Source: Sneathiellales bacterium (GTDB lineage Bacteria > Pseudomonadota > Alphaproteobacteria > JANQFL01). From it: 64,000 nt of DNA. The first letter of the stretch is position 1; every line of letters begins with the position of its first letter. This document shows positions 11,106 through 22,652 of the stretch, in pieces. Under the pieces are notes generated by a model. It saw nothing but the letters and a program-made list of their open reading frames with translations. It was not told the DNA's origin and did not search any database. The stretch lies in the NCBI GenBank assembly GCA_028277845.1, contig JANQFL010000094.1, positions 26,791 to 90,790 of the forward strand. The letters run 5' to 3'. The position numbers and the translations under genes were made by a program.

Positions 11106-11594
11106 TCATCTGTAAGGGGCGTCGGCGCGCAAGTTGGCCGCGATTTCCCGCTCCCAACGGTCCCCGTTGGCGAGCAGTTTCTGTTTGTCGTACATCAGTT
11201 CCTCGCGGGTCTCGGTGGCGAACTCGTAATTCGGTCCCTCGACGATGGCGTCAACCGGGCAGGCCTCCTGACAGAAACCGCAGTAGATGCACTTGGTCAT
11301 ATCGATGTCGTAGCGGGTGGTGCGCCGGCTGCCGTCGGGACGCGGTTCCGCCTCGATGGTAATGGCCTGGGCCGGGCAGACCGCCTCACAAAGCTTGCAG
11401 GCGATGCAGCGTTCCTCGCCGGTGGCGTAACGGCGCAAAGCGTGTTCGCCGCGGAAACGTGGACTCAACGGGCCCTTCTCGTAGGGGTAGTTGATGGTCA
11501 CCCGCTTCTTGAACATGTAGCGGAACGTCAGCCACATGCCCGACACCAGTTCGGTCAGGAATATGGTTCGGGCCGCTCGATCGAAAAATGCCAT
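11106..11594 (-). CDS. nuoI: NADH-quinone oxidoreductase subunit I (2x[4Fe-4S] ferredoxin)
   Basis: Two CxxCxxCxxxCP motifs ([24 protein letters not shown]). Confidence 0.9.
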   Translation of the reverse strand: MAFFDRAARTIFLTELVSGMWLTFRYMFKKRVTINYPYEKGPLSPRFRGEHALRRYATGEERCIACKLCEAVCPAQAITIEAEPRPDGSRRTTRYDIDMTKCIYCGFCQEACPVDAIVEGPNYEFATETREELMYDKQKLLANGDRWEREIAANLRADAPYR

Positions 11595-11623
11595 AGCTCT
11601 CGCCTATCCGCTCGCCTTATCCG

Positions 11624-12655
11624 TCAGCCGGCCTGAGGCACCAGGTCGAAGGCCACCAACACACCGGCCGTCAGTGCCACCCCGAACAACGACAAAGGCA
11701 GAAACACCTTCCAACCCAAACGCATCAACTGGTCGTAACGGTAACGGGGGAAGGTCGCCCGCACCCAAACGAAAAAGTAAAGCAGGATGAGGATCTTGCC
11801 GAAAAACCATATCCAGCCCGGTATCCAATTGAACGGTGCGATATCGATCGGCGGCAGCCAGCCACCCAGGAACAGCACCGCCGTCATGGCGCTCATCAAA
11901 ATGATGTTGGCGTTTTCACCCAGGAACAAAAGGGCGAAGGTCATGGACGAATATTCGACCTGATATCCAGCCACCAGCTCCGCTTCCGCTTCCGGCAAGT
12001 CGAAGGGATGGCGGTTGGTTTCCGCCAGGGCCGAGATGAAGAAAATAACGGCCATCGGGAACAGCGGGATGACGAACCACACGTTCCTCTGAGCCTCGAC
12101 GATGTCGCTCAGGTTCAGTGATCCGACAATCAACAGCACCGTAACGAGGATGAAACCGATCGAGACTTCGTAGGATACCATCTGGGCGGCGGATCGCATC
12201 GCGCCGAGAAAGGCATAGCGTGAGTTGGACGCCCAGCCCGACATGACAATGCCGTAAACACCAAGCGACGAAACGGCAAACAGGTACAAAACGCCGACAT
12301 TGATATTGGATAGCACCACGCCTTCATCGAACGGGATCACCGCCCACGCCACCAGGGCAAGCGTGAAGGTAATCATCGGCGCGATGATGAATACCACCTT
12401 GTTGGCACCGGACGGGACGATCGTTTCCTTGACGAACAATTTGAGACCATCGGCAAAGGCCTGCAAAAGACCGAATGGCCCGACCACGTTCGGTCCCATG
12501 CGCAGGTGCATGGCGGCCATGACCTTGCGCTCGAACCACGTGAACATGGCAACCGCCACCAAGAGTGGCACGACGATGGCCAGGACCAGCAGCAGCAGAA
12601 TGATCAGCGGCCAGAGGTAGTCGAACCAGAGAAGAGTCCAGGAAAACTCAGCCAT
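11624..12655 (-). CDS. nuoH: NADH-quinone oxidoreductase subunit H
   Basis: 343-aa membrane subunit that overlaps nuoG by 8 nt. Confidence 0.9.
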   Translation of the reverse strand: MAEFSWTLLWFDYLWPLIILLLLVLAIVVPLLVAVAMFTWFERKVMAAMHLRMGPNVVGPFGLLQAFADGLKLFVKETIVPSGANKVVFIIAPMITFTLALVAWAVIPFDEGVVLSNINVGVLYLFAVSSLGVYGIVMSGWASNSRYAFLGAMRSAAQMVSYEVSIGFILVTVLLIVGSLNLSDIVEAQRNVWFVIPLFPMAVIFFISALAETNRHPFDLPEAEAELVAGYQVEYSSMTFALLFLGENANIILMSAMTAVLFLGGWLPPIDIAPFNWIPGWIWFFGKILILLYFFVWVRATFPRYRYDQLMRLGWKVFLPLSLFGVALTAGVLVAFDLVPQAG

Positions 12656-14711
12656 CGGTGCCCGTCGCCTTTTCGCTGTGATCGCCGATTTCGGCCGAAC
12701 ATTGCGCCATGGTGGCGCTCGCCCGGCAGATCGGGTTGGTCATGTAGTAGTCCGAGACGGGGCTGACGAACGGCTCGGCGGCCATGTCGCCGCTCAGTCC
12801 GAACGTTCCCCAATTCCCCGTGGCAATGACATCGGCATCCGCCAGATGAGCCGCATCCTGGGCCATGGCCGCCCGCAGTTGGGGCAGCGAGTCATAAGGC
12901 AGCGTGTGTCCGACCGCCGCCGACAAGGCCCGCACGATGGTCCAGTCCTCGCGGGCGTCGCCCGGTGGGAAGGCCGCCCGGTATCCCATCTGCACCCGGC
13001 CTTCCGTATTCACCCAGGTGGCGTTTTTCTCGGTGTAGGCGGCACCCGGCAATATGACGTCGGCCCGGTGTGCACCCGCGTCGCCGTGGCTGCCCAGGTA
13101 GATGACGAAGGCGTCGCCGAGACGGCCGGTATCGATCTCGTCGGCACCGAGCAGCCAGACCACGTCGATCCCGCCGCCGGCGGCGCCTTCGAGGATGGCG
13201 TTCGTGCCCTTGCCGCCCTCGCCCGGAACGAAGCCGATGTCCAGACCGCCGACCCGGGCCGCCGCCGTGTGCAGCACGTTGAAGCCGTTCCAGCCGTCGG
13301 CGATCATGCCGGTGTCCTCGGCGATCTTGCGCGCCGCAGCCAGCACGGCAGCGCCGTCGGTACGGGCCAACGCGCCCTGACCGACGATCAGCATCGGCCG
13401 TTCGGCGTTCTTCAGGGTCTCGATGAACGGATGATGTCCCGAGGCCAATTGCGACAGAGTTTCGGTGCCGTCGCCCAGATGATCGACTTTATAGGTCAAG
13501 TCGGCATCGGGGCCGACCGAGGCGATCGGGAAGCCGCCGGCCAGCCAGCGCTTGCGCAAGCGGGCGTTGATCAGCGCCGCTTCGTGCCGGGGATTGGTCC
13601 CGATCAACAGGCAGGCATCCGCCTCCTCGATCCCCGCGATGGTGGTGTTGAACAGATAGCTCGCCCGGCACGACGGATCCAGCGCCGCGCCATCCTGCCG
13701 GCAATCCATATTGGTCGAACCCAGGGCCGTCATCAGATCCTTCGCCGCCTTCATGGATTCGGTGCACGCCAAGTCGCCGGCAATGGCGCCGATCTTGCTG
13801 CCGTCAAGGCCCGCGAGTTTCCCGGCAATGGCGGCGAACGCTTCGTCCCAAGTGGCCGGCGCCAGCTTGCCGTTGGTCCGGACATACGGCCGATCGAGGC
13901 GCTGGCGCTTCAGACCGTCATAGGAAAAGCGGCCTTTGTCGGAAAGCCATTCCTCGTTCACGTCCTCGTTCAGACGCGGCAGAACCCGCATGACCTCGCG
14001 GCCACGGGTATCGACCCGGATATTGGAGCCGACCGCGTCGTGCACATCGACGGTTTCAGTCTTGCGCAGTTCCCATGACCGGGCCGTGAAGGCGTAGGGC
14101 TTGGACGTCAAGGCGCCGACCGGGCACAGGTCGATGACGTTGCCCGACAATTCCGACGCGATGGCCTTTTCCAGATAGGTCGTGATCTCGGTATCCTCGC
14201 CGCGTCCGACGGCGCCCATGTCGTCGACACCGGCGATTTCCGATGAAAACCGCACGCAGCGCATGCAGTGAATGCAGCGGGTCATCACCGTCTTGACGAG
14301 CGGCCCCATGTACTTCTCTTCGACCGCACGCTTGTTTTCGTCGAAGCGGCTCGAACCGCGGCCGTAGGCCATGGCCTGGTCCTGCAGGTCGCACTCGCCG
14401 CCCTGGTCGCAGATCGGGCAATCGAGGGGGTGGTTGATGAGCAGGAACTCCATCACCCCTTCGCGGGCCTTTTTCACGGTCTCGGTGTTGGTGTGGATCA
14501 CCATGCCGTCGCCGGCGGGCATGGCGCAGGACGCGACCGGCTTGGGCGCCTTTTCCATTTCCACCAGGCACATGCGGCAATTGCCGGCGATGGACAGGCG
14601 CTCGTGGTAACAGAACCGGGGAATTTCAGCTCCGGCTTCTTCGCACGCCTGTAGAACGGTGGCGCCCGGTTCGACCGTGACCTCTTTTCCGTCGACCGTA
14701 AGTGTCGGCAT
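12648..14711 (-). CDS. nuoG: NADH-quinone oxidoreductase subunit G (75 kDa Fe-S subunit)
   Basis: N-terminal 2Fe-2S and 4Fe-4S cysteine clusters ([28 protein letters not shown]), 687 aa. Confidence 0.9.
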   Translation of the reverse strand: MPTLTVDGKEVTVEPGATVLQACEEAGAEIPRFCYHERLSIAGNCRMCLVEMEKAPKPVASCAMPAGDGMVIHTNTETVKKAREGVMEFLLINHPLDCPICDQGGECDLQDQAMAYGRGSSRFDENKRAVEEKYMGPLVKTVMTRCIHCMRCVRFSSEIAGVDDMGAVGRGEDTEITTYLEKAIASELSGNVIDLCPVGALTSKPYAFTARSWELRKTETVDVHDAVGSNIRVDTRGREVMRVLPRLNEDVNEEWLSDKGRFSYDGLKRQRLDRPYVRTNGKLAPATWDEAFAAIAGKLAGLDGSKIGAIAGDLACTESMKAAKDLMTALGSTNMDCRQDGAALDPSCRASYLFNTTIAGIEEADACLLIGTNPRHEAALINARLRKRWLAGGFPIASVGPDADLTYKVDHLGDGTETLSQLASGHHPFIETLKNAERPMLIVGQGALARTDGAAVLAAARKIAEDTGMIADGWNGFNVLHTAAARVGGLDIGFVPGEGGKGTNAILEGAAGGGIDVVWLLGADEIDTGRLGDAFVIYLGSHGDAGAHRADVILPGAAYTEKNATWVNTEGRVQMGYRAAFPPGDAREDWTIVRALSAAVGHTLPYDSLPQLRAAMAQDAAHLADADVIATGNWGTFGLSGDMAAEPFVSPVSDYYMTNPICRASATMAQCSAEIGDHSEKATGTDG

Positions 14712-14752
14712 TCGTTACTCCCTCAGTGCCCGGCCCGAGTACCCAGCGGGTA

Positions 14753-16032
<1,280 letters not shown>

Positions 16033-16033
<1 letters not shown>

Positions 16034-16638
16034 CAGGACGCCCCTTTCTGGTCCAGCAACGTGGTCGGACCACCGGCCGGTTCGGTCAGACGGCGGCTTC
16101 CCTGCGGACCGGGCTTGGGCGTCTCGCCCCGTTTCAGCGCATTCAGAACACGTTCGGTCGAATCGGCGTCCAGGTCCTCGTAATAGTCGTCGCCGATTTG
16201 CATCATCGGCGCGTTGACACAGGCGCCGAGGCACTCGGCCTCGACCAGCGTGAACTTACCGTCCGGTGTCGTGCCGCCGAGCGAGATACCAAGGGTTTTC
16301 TCGCAGGCCTTGACGATGTCGTCGGACCCACGCAGCCAGCATGGCGTCGTTGTGCACACCTCGACCAGGTTCTCACCGACCGGTTCCAGATTGTACATGG
16401 TGTAGAACGTGGCGACCTCGAGCGCACGGATCGACGGCATATCCAACATGTCGGCGACATATTCGATGGCCTTCCGGGGCAGCCAGCCGCCGTTCTGGCG
16501 CTGCGCCAGATCGAGCAGCGGCATCACCGCGCTGGCTTGGCGGCCATCCGGATATTTGGCGACGTGGGCCTTGGCCTTGTCCATGTATTCGGGCGTGAAG
16601 GCAAAGCTCGCCGGTTGATGGTCGGTCGTACTACTCAT
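16033..16638 (-). CDS. nuoE: NADH-quinone oxidoreductase subunit E (2Fe-2S)
   Basis: 201 aa with the [10 protein letters not shown] and CLGACVNAP cysteine motifs. Confidence 0.9.
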
Positions 16639-17813
16639 CGGTCTATCTCACCGAAAACGATGTCCTGGGTGCCGATCACCGCAACGGTGTCGGCCAGCAT
16701 GTGGCCCCGGGTCATGAAATCGAGGCCCTGCAGATGGGGGAAGCCCGGCGCCCGGATCTTGCAGCGATAGGGTTTATTGGAACCATCCGACACCAGATAG
16801 ACACCGAACTCACCTTTCGGCGCCTCGATGCCCGTGTAGGTCTCACCGGCCGGCACGTGCATGCCTTCGGTATACAGTTTGAAGTGATTGATCAGCGCTT
16901 CCATGGAGCGCTTCATTTCGCCCCGGCTGGGCGGGCCGATCTTGCCGTCCTCGATCATCACCGGACCGTCGGGCAGCTTATCGAGGCACTGGCGCATGAT
17001 GGAAAGGCTCTGACGCATCTCCTCGATGCGGCACAGATAACGGTCGTAGCAGTCGCCGTTCTTGCCGACGGGGACGTCGAATTCCAACTCGTCATAGACT
17101 TCGTAGGGCTGGGCCTTGCGCAAATCCCAGGCGGCGCCGGATCCGCGCAGCATGACGCCGGAAAAACCGCGTGAGATGGCGTCGTCGATGGACACCACAC
17201 CGATGTCCACGTTGCGCTGCTTGAAAATGCGGTTTTCCGTCAACAGGCCTTCGATGTCGTCGATGACCGCCGGGAACGTGTCGCAGAATTCATAGATGTC
17301 TTCCGCCAGGCCGCGCGGCATGTCCTGATGCACGCCGCCGATGCGGAAATAGGCCGCGTGCATACGGGCGCCGGAGACACGTTCATAGAACTCCATCAAC
17401 CGTTCGCGTTCCTCGAACCCCCACAGCACGGGCGTCATGGCGCCCACATCCATGCCCTGGGTGGTGACGTTGAGGATGTGATTGAGGATGCGGGTAATCT
17501 CGCTGAACAGCACCCGGATGAACCTGGCGCGGGGCGGAATCTCGGCGCCCAGGAGCTTCTCCGCCGCCAGAATAAAGGCATGCTCCTGGCACATCATTGA
17601 AACGTAATCGAGCCGGTCGAAATACGGAATCGACTGCAGATAGGTCTTGTGTTCGATCAGCTTCTCGGTGCCGCGGTGCAGCAGTCCGATATGCGGGTCG
17701 GCCCGTTCCACCACCTCGCCGTCCAGCTCGAGCACCAGGCGCAGAACGCCGTGGGCCGCCGGGTGCTGCGGTCCGAAGTTGAGGCTGTAGTTGCGGATTT
17801 CGACTTCTGCCAT
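16635..17813 (-). CDS. nuoD: NADH-quinone oxidoreductase subunit D
   Basis: Real start at [26 protein letters not shown] (17813). The track ORF is extended by 19 aa. 4-nt overlap with nuoE. Confidence 0.9.
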   Translation of the reverse strand: MAEVEIRNYSLNFGPQHPAAHGVLRLVLELDGEVVERADPHIGLLHRGTEKLIEHKTYLQSIPYFDRLDYVSMMCQEHAFILAAEKLLGAEIPPRARFIRVLFSEITRILNHILNVTTQGMDVGAMTPVLWGFEERERLMEFYERVSGARMHAAYFRIGGVHQDMPRGLAEDIYEFCDTFPAVIDDIEGLLTENRIFKQRNVDIGVVSIDDAISRGFSGVMLRGSGAAWDLRKAQPYEVYDELEFDVPVGKNGDCYDRYLCRIEEMRQSLSIMRQCLDKLPDGPVMIEDGKIGPPSRGEMKRSMEALINHFKLYTEGMHVPAGETYTGIEAPKGEFGVYLVSDGSNKPYRCKIRAPGFPHLQGLDFMTRGHMLADTVAVIGTQDIVFGEIDR

Positions 17814-17817
17814 GGTC

Positions 17818-18438
17818 TCAGCCTTCCCCGCTTTCTGCCTGCTCGGCCTTCTCGTCGCCGGGCAGAACATATTGCGCGCCTTCCCACGGGCTCATGAAAT
17901 CGAATGAGCGGAATTCCTGGGTCAGTTTGACCGGTTCGTAGACCACGCGTTTCTGTTCGTCGTCGTAACGGACTTCGACATAGCCCGTCAGCGGGAAATC
18001 CTTCCGCATGGGGTGGCCGTCGAAACCATAGTCCGTCAGCAGCCGCCGCAAATCGGGGTGGTCCGAGAACATGATGCCGTACATGTCCCAGGCCTCGCGC
18101 TCGTACCAATCGGCGTTGACGAACACCGGGACAACCGACGGGACCGGTGTTTCCTCGTCGGTCCGGACCTTGACCCGCACCCGCTGGTTCACTGTGTGAG
18201 AGAGCAAGTTGTAAACCACCTCGAACCGTTGCGGCCGGTCCGGATAGTCGACCCCGCAAATGTCGACCAGGCTGCGAAACTGGCAATTGGAATCATCGCG
18301 CAGATAGGTCAGGACCCGGACAATGAACTCGGGCCGGGTAAGTATCATAAGTTCGCCGAAGGCTACATTGACCTCGATCACCTCTTGCGGCAGCGCCGCA
18401 CCGATGTAATCGCCAAGTTCGCTAAGCGCCTCGTCCAT
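17818..18438 (-). CDS. nuoC: NADH-quinone oxidoreductase subunit C
   Basis: 206 aa with an acidic C-terminal tail. Confidence 0.9.
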   Translation of the reverse strand: MDEALSELGDYIGAALPQEVIEVNVAFGELMILTRPEFIVRVLTYLRDDSNCQFRSLVDICGVDYPDRPQRFEVVYNLLSHTVNQRVRVKVRTDEETPVPSVVPVFVNADWYEREAWDMYGIMFSDHPDLRRLLTDYGFDGHPMRKDFPLTGYVEVRYDDEQKRVVYEPVKLTQEFRSFDFMSPWEGAQYVLPGDEKAEQAESGEG

Positions 18439-18463
18439 ACCGGTTCACTTGCTCTGGTAAACG

Positions 18464-19012
18464 TTATCGGGTGATGGTGCCGGTGCGGCGGATTTTCTTC
18501 TGCAACTGCAGAATTCCGTACACCAGCGCCTCGGCGGTCGGCGGACAGCCCGGAACATAGACATCCACCGGAACGATCCGGTCGCAACCCCGCACGACCG
18601 AATAGGAATAGTGATAGTAGCCGCCGCCATTGGCGCAACTGCCCATGGAGATGACATAGCGCGGCTCGGCCATCTGGTCGTAGACCTTGCGCAGCGCCGG
18701 CGCCATCTTGTTGGTCAGCGTACCGGCCACGATCATCAGATCGGACTGGCGCGGGCTGGCCCGGGGTACGACCCCGAAACGGTCCAGGTCATAGCGCGGC
18801 ATGGACGCATGCATCATCTCCACGGCGCAGCAGGCCAGTCCGAAGGTCATCCACCACAACGAACCCGTCCTGGCCCAGTTGACCGCCTTGTCCAGTTCTG
18901 TAACGAGAAAGCCCTTGTCGGCCAGTTCAGCCGAGAAGCCCTGCATCATCGGATCGGCGGAAGAGTCCTGCACAAAACCCGCGGCGCCGCCAGGTGCATC
19001 GGTTACTCCCAT
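18464..19012 (-). CDS. nuoB: NADH-quinone oxidoreductase subunit B (4Fe-4S N2)
   Basis: [10 protein letters not shown] and CPPTAEAL motifs. The start was chosen at MGVTDAPGG. The track ORF start at 19033 would overlap nuoA by 31 nt. Confidence 0.85.
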   Translation of the reverse strand: MGVTDAPGGAAGFVQDSSADPMMQGFSAELADKGFLVTELDKAVNWARTGSLWWMTFGLACCAVEMMHASMPRYDLDRFGVVPRASPRQSDLMIVAGTLTNKMAPALRKVYDQMAEPRYVISMGSCANGGGYYHYSYSVVRGCDRIVPVDVYVPGCPPTAEALVYGILQLQKKIRRTGTITR

Positions 19013-19368
19013 TCCAACGCTCCCTTCTTCCACTCGTAAATGAAGCCGATGGTGAGGATCCCGAGGAAGATCATCATCGACCAGAAGCCGAACACGCCGA
19101 TCTCCCCAAGCGATACGGCCCAGGGGAACAGAAAGGCGACTTCCAAATCAAATATGATGAAAAGAATCGCGACCAGATAGAACCGCACGTCGAACTGGCT
19201 GCGGGAATCGCCGAACGATTCGAACCCGCACTCGTAAGACGTCAGTTTTTCCTGATCGGGATGTTGCCGCGCGACGATATAGGACGCGACGACAATTACC
19301 AAAGAAAGACCGATTGCGACGGCCAGGAAAACCAAGAGCGGCAAGTACTCGCTCAACATCGCTTGCAT
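19003..19368 (-). CDS. nuoA: NADH-quinone oxidoreductase subunit A
   Basis: 121 aa with three transmembrane helices, the first gene of the operon, with an AGGGGTGA ribosome-binding site upstream. Confidence 0.9.
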   Translation of the reverse strand: MQAMLSEYLPLLVFLAVAIGLSLVIVVASYIVARQHPDQEKLTSYECGFESFGDSRSQFDVRFYLVAILFIIFDLEVAFLFPWAVSLGEIGVFGFWSMMIFLGILTIGFIYEWKKGALEWE

Positions 19369-19959
19369 CGTATCACCCCTGACCTGCCAGGACAGCCACC
19401 CAAAACCACCGGAAATCGTATATAGCGCGTGTTATTGGCTCCGATGGCCATAGATATTGGGCGCTTGAGCAGAATCGCGCGCAGTATAGGACTGGTTAGC
19501 CACAATTCAAGGACTGATTGCGCATTCCTCCCGCAGTCATTTCGCGCCACTCCGACTGCCCACCCAGGCACCCAAATATCGATCAAATTCCTCACCCCTT
19601 TGTGATGGCCGTCACTGCGGCAACGGCGCCGAAAGGGTGCAATAGGCTCACCAAGAAACGAACAATGTCGGTCCGGGAGCCATGCAGAATATTTCGAACA
19701 TCCGCTTTGAAGTCGTTGTCTTTAATCAAGAAGTGCAGCAGATGCTGAAAGATGGACAGCATCATCCGCATCTGGATGACCGATGGGCGTTGAAACAGAC
19801 CCATCACCTGTTTGCACACGATGAGACGGACGCCCGCAGCAAAGCCATTAGGCGCTACCCGCGCGCCAAGGGTTTCGTCATCGAGCGTTTGTCGCGGTGC
19901 TGACTTCGCGTACAAACACCGAAAACCGGCACAACATCTTCAAAGAAATGGGAAAAAGG

Positions 19960-20036
19960 TGGCGGGAGTGACGGGACTCGAACCCGCGGCCTCTGGCGTG
20001 ACAGGCCAGCGCTCTAACCAACTGAGCTACACCCCC
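19960..20036 (-). tRNA. tRNA-Asp: tRNA-Asp (anticodon GTC)
   Basis: Reverse complement reads GGGGGTGTAGCTCAGTTGGTTAGAGCGCTGGCCTGTCACGCCAGAGGCCGCGGGTTCGAGTCCCGTCACTCCCGCCA. It has a cloverleaf, a GTC anticodon loop and an encoded CCA. Confidence 0.85.
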
Positions 20037-20324
20037 TGGTAAGGAGACGCACGGTTTAGTCCTTCGGCCAACGGGTGTCAAGCGCGATCCCCAACTTCAA
20101 TCGATTTCAATAATTTTCCATCAAATCACGTTCGTTTTCACAATTTCCTAGTGTGAAACACATCCCTCGCGTAGAGTATGTGCATTGACGGCTCGGGGAT
20201 CGATTGTATCGCGTACCGAAGTCACCTTCCCCGGGCTCAATTAGCGGATGCGCAACCCCGCGCAATCCACCGGTGAAACAACACCTCATCGGATTAATCT
20301 ATTCCGCGAAGGGGGAGGAAACGA

Positions 20325-20630
20325 ATGAGACTACCTATATTTGCCGTCGTTCTCGCTGGGGCCGTCGGCATGAGTTTGATCTCCGGTCAAGCCACGGCCG
20401 ACAGCATGAACTCCACGATGCTGGCGAATCCATGCGCCGGGTGTCATGGCACCGACGGAAAAAGCAAGGGCGGCATGCCCTCGATCGCCGGGAAATCCGT
20501 GCGGTTCATTTCCAAGGCGCTCAAGGATTTCCGTGCCGGTAGCCGCAAGGGCACGGTGATGCAACGCATCGCCAAAGGTTATACCGACGCCCAGATCGAC
20601 GAACTTGCCAAATACTACAGCGGCAAATAG
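20325..20630 (+). CDS. fccA: Monoheme cytochrome c subunit of flavocytochrome c sulfide dehydrogenase (signal peptide)
   Basis: 101 aa with a signal peptide, a single CAGCHG heme-binding site, and a strong GGGGGAGGA ribosome-binding site. It sits directly upstream of the flavoprotein subunit. Confidence 0.75.
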   Translation: MRLPIFAVVLAGAVGMSLISGQATADSMNSTMLANPCAGCHGTDGKSKGGMPSIAGKSVRFISKALKDFRAGSRKGTVMQRIAKGYTDAQIDELAKYYSGK

Positions 20631-20645
20631 GACGGGAGAGCAATC

Positions 20646-21932
20646 ATGAAAAAAACCATTTCCCGCAGAACTTTCGGAAAAATCACCGGCGCCGCTGCGG
20701 CCACGTCGGCCATCGGATTGAACGCCTGCGCCGGCGGCAAAATGGCCAAAGCCAGGGTCGTCGTGATCGGCGGCGGTTTCGGCGGCGCGACGGCGGCCAA
20801 ATATGTCCGCAAGCTCGACCCGTCGATCGATGTCACGTTGATCGAGCCGAAGAAGAAATTTGCCACCTGCCCGTTCAGCAATACGGTCATTGCCGGCATG
20901 AACGACATGGAGTTCATTTCCCACGGCTATGACGCCCTGCGGAAGAACTCGGGTGTCAACGTGGTGCACGATATGGTGACGGCCGTCGATCCGGCGAAGA
21001 AGTCGCTGAAACTGGCCGGCGGTGGATCGATTCGATACGAGAAACTGATTATGTCGCCCGGGATCGACTTCAAGTACGGCGCTGTCGAGGGCTACAGCAT
21101 GGAAGCGTCGCTCAAGGCGCCGCATGCCTGGAACGGCGGGCCGCAGACTTTGTTGCTGCGTGATCAGTTGCACGCCATGCCCGACGGCGGAACCTTTATC
21201 ATGGCCCCACCGCCGAATCCGTTCCGCTGCCCGCCCGGGCCGTACGAACGGGTCAGCCTGGTTGCCCATTACCTGAAGACCAACAAGCCCAAGTCGAAGA
21301 TCCTGATCCTGGACGCCAAGGCCAAGTTCTCGAAACAGCCTCTGTTCATGGAAGGCTGGAATGCGCTCTATGGCGACATGATCGAATGGGTGTCACTCGA
21401 CAACGGCGGCAAGGTCATCAGAGTTGATACCAAGTCGATGTCTGTCGAAACCGACTTCGATACCCACAAGGGCGACGTCATCAACTTCATTCCGGCGCAA
21501 AAGGCGGCGGCGATCGCCCATGCGGCCGGCGTCACCGATGACAGCGGCTGGTGCCCGATCAACGGTGCGACCTTCGAGTCCAAGCTGCAAAAGGACATTC
21601 ACGTCATTGGCGACGCGTCCATCGCGTCGCCTTTGCCGAAGTCCGGTTTTGCCGCCAACAGCGAAGGCAAGGCCTGCGCCGCGGCCGTGGTTCGTGCGCT
21701 CGGCGGGAAGGACTACGGCGAGCCGTCGATGATCAATACGTGCTACAGCCTGGTGGCGCCCGACTACGGCATCTCGGTCGCCATGGTCTATGGTTTCGCC
21801 GACGGCAAGATCACCAAGGTCAAGGGCTCCGGCGGTGTCAGCCCGAAAGGCGCGGCCAAGTCGTTCCGCCGCGACGAAGCGCGCTATGCGCGCGGCTGGT
21901 ACGCCAGCATCGCGTCCGATATTTGGGGGTGA
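20646..21932 (+). CDS. fccB: Flavocytochrome c sulfide dehydrogenase flavoprotein subunit (FAD-binding, Tat signal)
   Basis: Twin-arginine signal SRRTFGKITGAAAATSAIG, FAD-binding fold VVVIGGGFGGATAAK, about 428 aa, typical of FccB/SoxF. Confidence 0.8.
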   Translation: MKKTISRRTFGKITGAAAATSAIGLNACAGGKMAKARVVVIGGGFGGATAAKYVRKLDPSIDVTLIEPKKKFATCPFSNTVIAGMNDMEFISHGYDALRKNSGVNVVHDMVTAVDPAKKSLKLAGGGSIRYEKLIMSPGIDFKYGAVEGYSMEASLKAPHAWNGGPQTLLLRDQLHAMPDGGTFIMAPPPNPFRCPPGPYERVSLVAHYLKTNKPKSKILILDAKAKFSKQPLFMEGWNALYGDMIEWVSLDNGGKVIRVDTKSMSVETDFDTHKGDVINFIPAQKAAAIAHAAGVTDDSGWCPINGATFESKLQKDIHVIGDASIASPLPKSGFAANSEGKACAAAVVRALGGKDYGEPSMINTCYSLVAPDYGISVAMVYGFADGKITKVKGSGGVSPKGAAKSFRRDEARYARGWYASIASDIWG

Positions 21933-21957
21933 TACGCACCGACAATCGGTTGGACGA

Positions 21958-21994
21958 TTGACGAAGGAAACGGGGGCCATGCTCCCGTTTCTTT
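21958..21994 (+). terminator. Rho-independent terminator after fccB
   Basis: gaaacgggggccatgctcccgtttcttttt. A 7-bp stem is followed by a T-tract. Confidence 0.55.
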
Positions 21995-22036
21995 TTGCCG
22001 CGATGTGCGAGACGCTGACGAATACCGAAGGGAAAA

Positions 22037-22112
22037 TGGTGGGCGGTGACAGGGTCGAACTGCCGACTTCCTCGGTGTAAACGAGGCGCTCTACCAGCTG
22101 AGCTAACCGCCC
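22037..22112 (-). tRNA. tRNA-Val: tRNA-Val (anticodon TAC)
   Basis: Reverse complement reads GGGCGGTTAGCTCAGCTGGTAGAGCGCCTCGTTTACACCGAGGAAGTCGGCAGTTCGACCCTGTCACCGCCCACCA. Confidence 0.85.
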
Positions 22113-22177
22113 AAAACGGGTCCGCAACGCGAGCCCCGATTCCGGTGTCTTATATCAACAACCGGAACAAAATAAAA

Positions 22178-22208
22178 TGCCGGCCGCCTTGCAGGCGGCC
22201 GGCATCTT
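22178..22208. terminator. Palindromic (bidirectional) terminator downstream of hupB
   Basis: ccggccgccttgcaggcggccgg, with AAAAT on one side and CTTTT on the other. Confidence 0.6.
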
Positions 22209-22226
22209 TTGATCTCGCAAAGAAAC

Positions 22227-22499
22227 TTAGTTCACGGAAGCCTTGAGGTTCTTGCCAGCTTTGAACTTGGGTTGCTTCGACGCCGGGATCTGAATCTTCT
22301 CACCGGTACGAGGATTGCGACCCTCGGATGCTGCGCGCTGAGTCACGCTGAATGTGCCGAAGCCGACCAAGCGGACTTCGTTGCCTTTGGCCAGTTCGCC
22401 GCTGATCGTATCGAAAACACAATCGACCGCCTTGGCGGCATCGGCTTTGGACAAATCGGCATTGTCGGCGACTTGCGCGATGAGATCATTTTTGTTCAC
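22227..22499 (-). CDS. hupB: DNA-binding protein HU
   Basis: 90 aa beginning MNKNDLIAQVAD, with the GFGTFSV and RNPRTGE motifs. Confidence 0.9.
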   Translation of the reverse strand: MNKNDLIAQVADNADLSKADAAKAVDCVFDTISGELAKGNEVRLVGFGTFSVTQRAASEGRNPRTGEKIQIPASKQPKFKAGKNLKASVN

Positions 22500-22652
22500 G
22501 TGGCGCCCCCTCTTAATTGGGATAAATGAAGACGAAAAAACTTTGGTGTTAGATCGCAGGCAGTCTAATGGGGCGCTCAGAACGCGTCAAAGGGAAATGC
22601 TTAATTATCCCCAGGTTTTTGCCGTTTCTGAGCGCCTTTTTGACGACTGTGA

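Noticed and set aside
21393-22127. 244-aa minus-strand ORF
   Set aside because: It runs antisense through fccB and straight across tRNA-Val, so it is not a gene.
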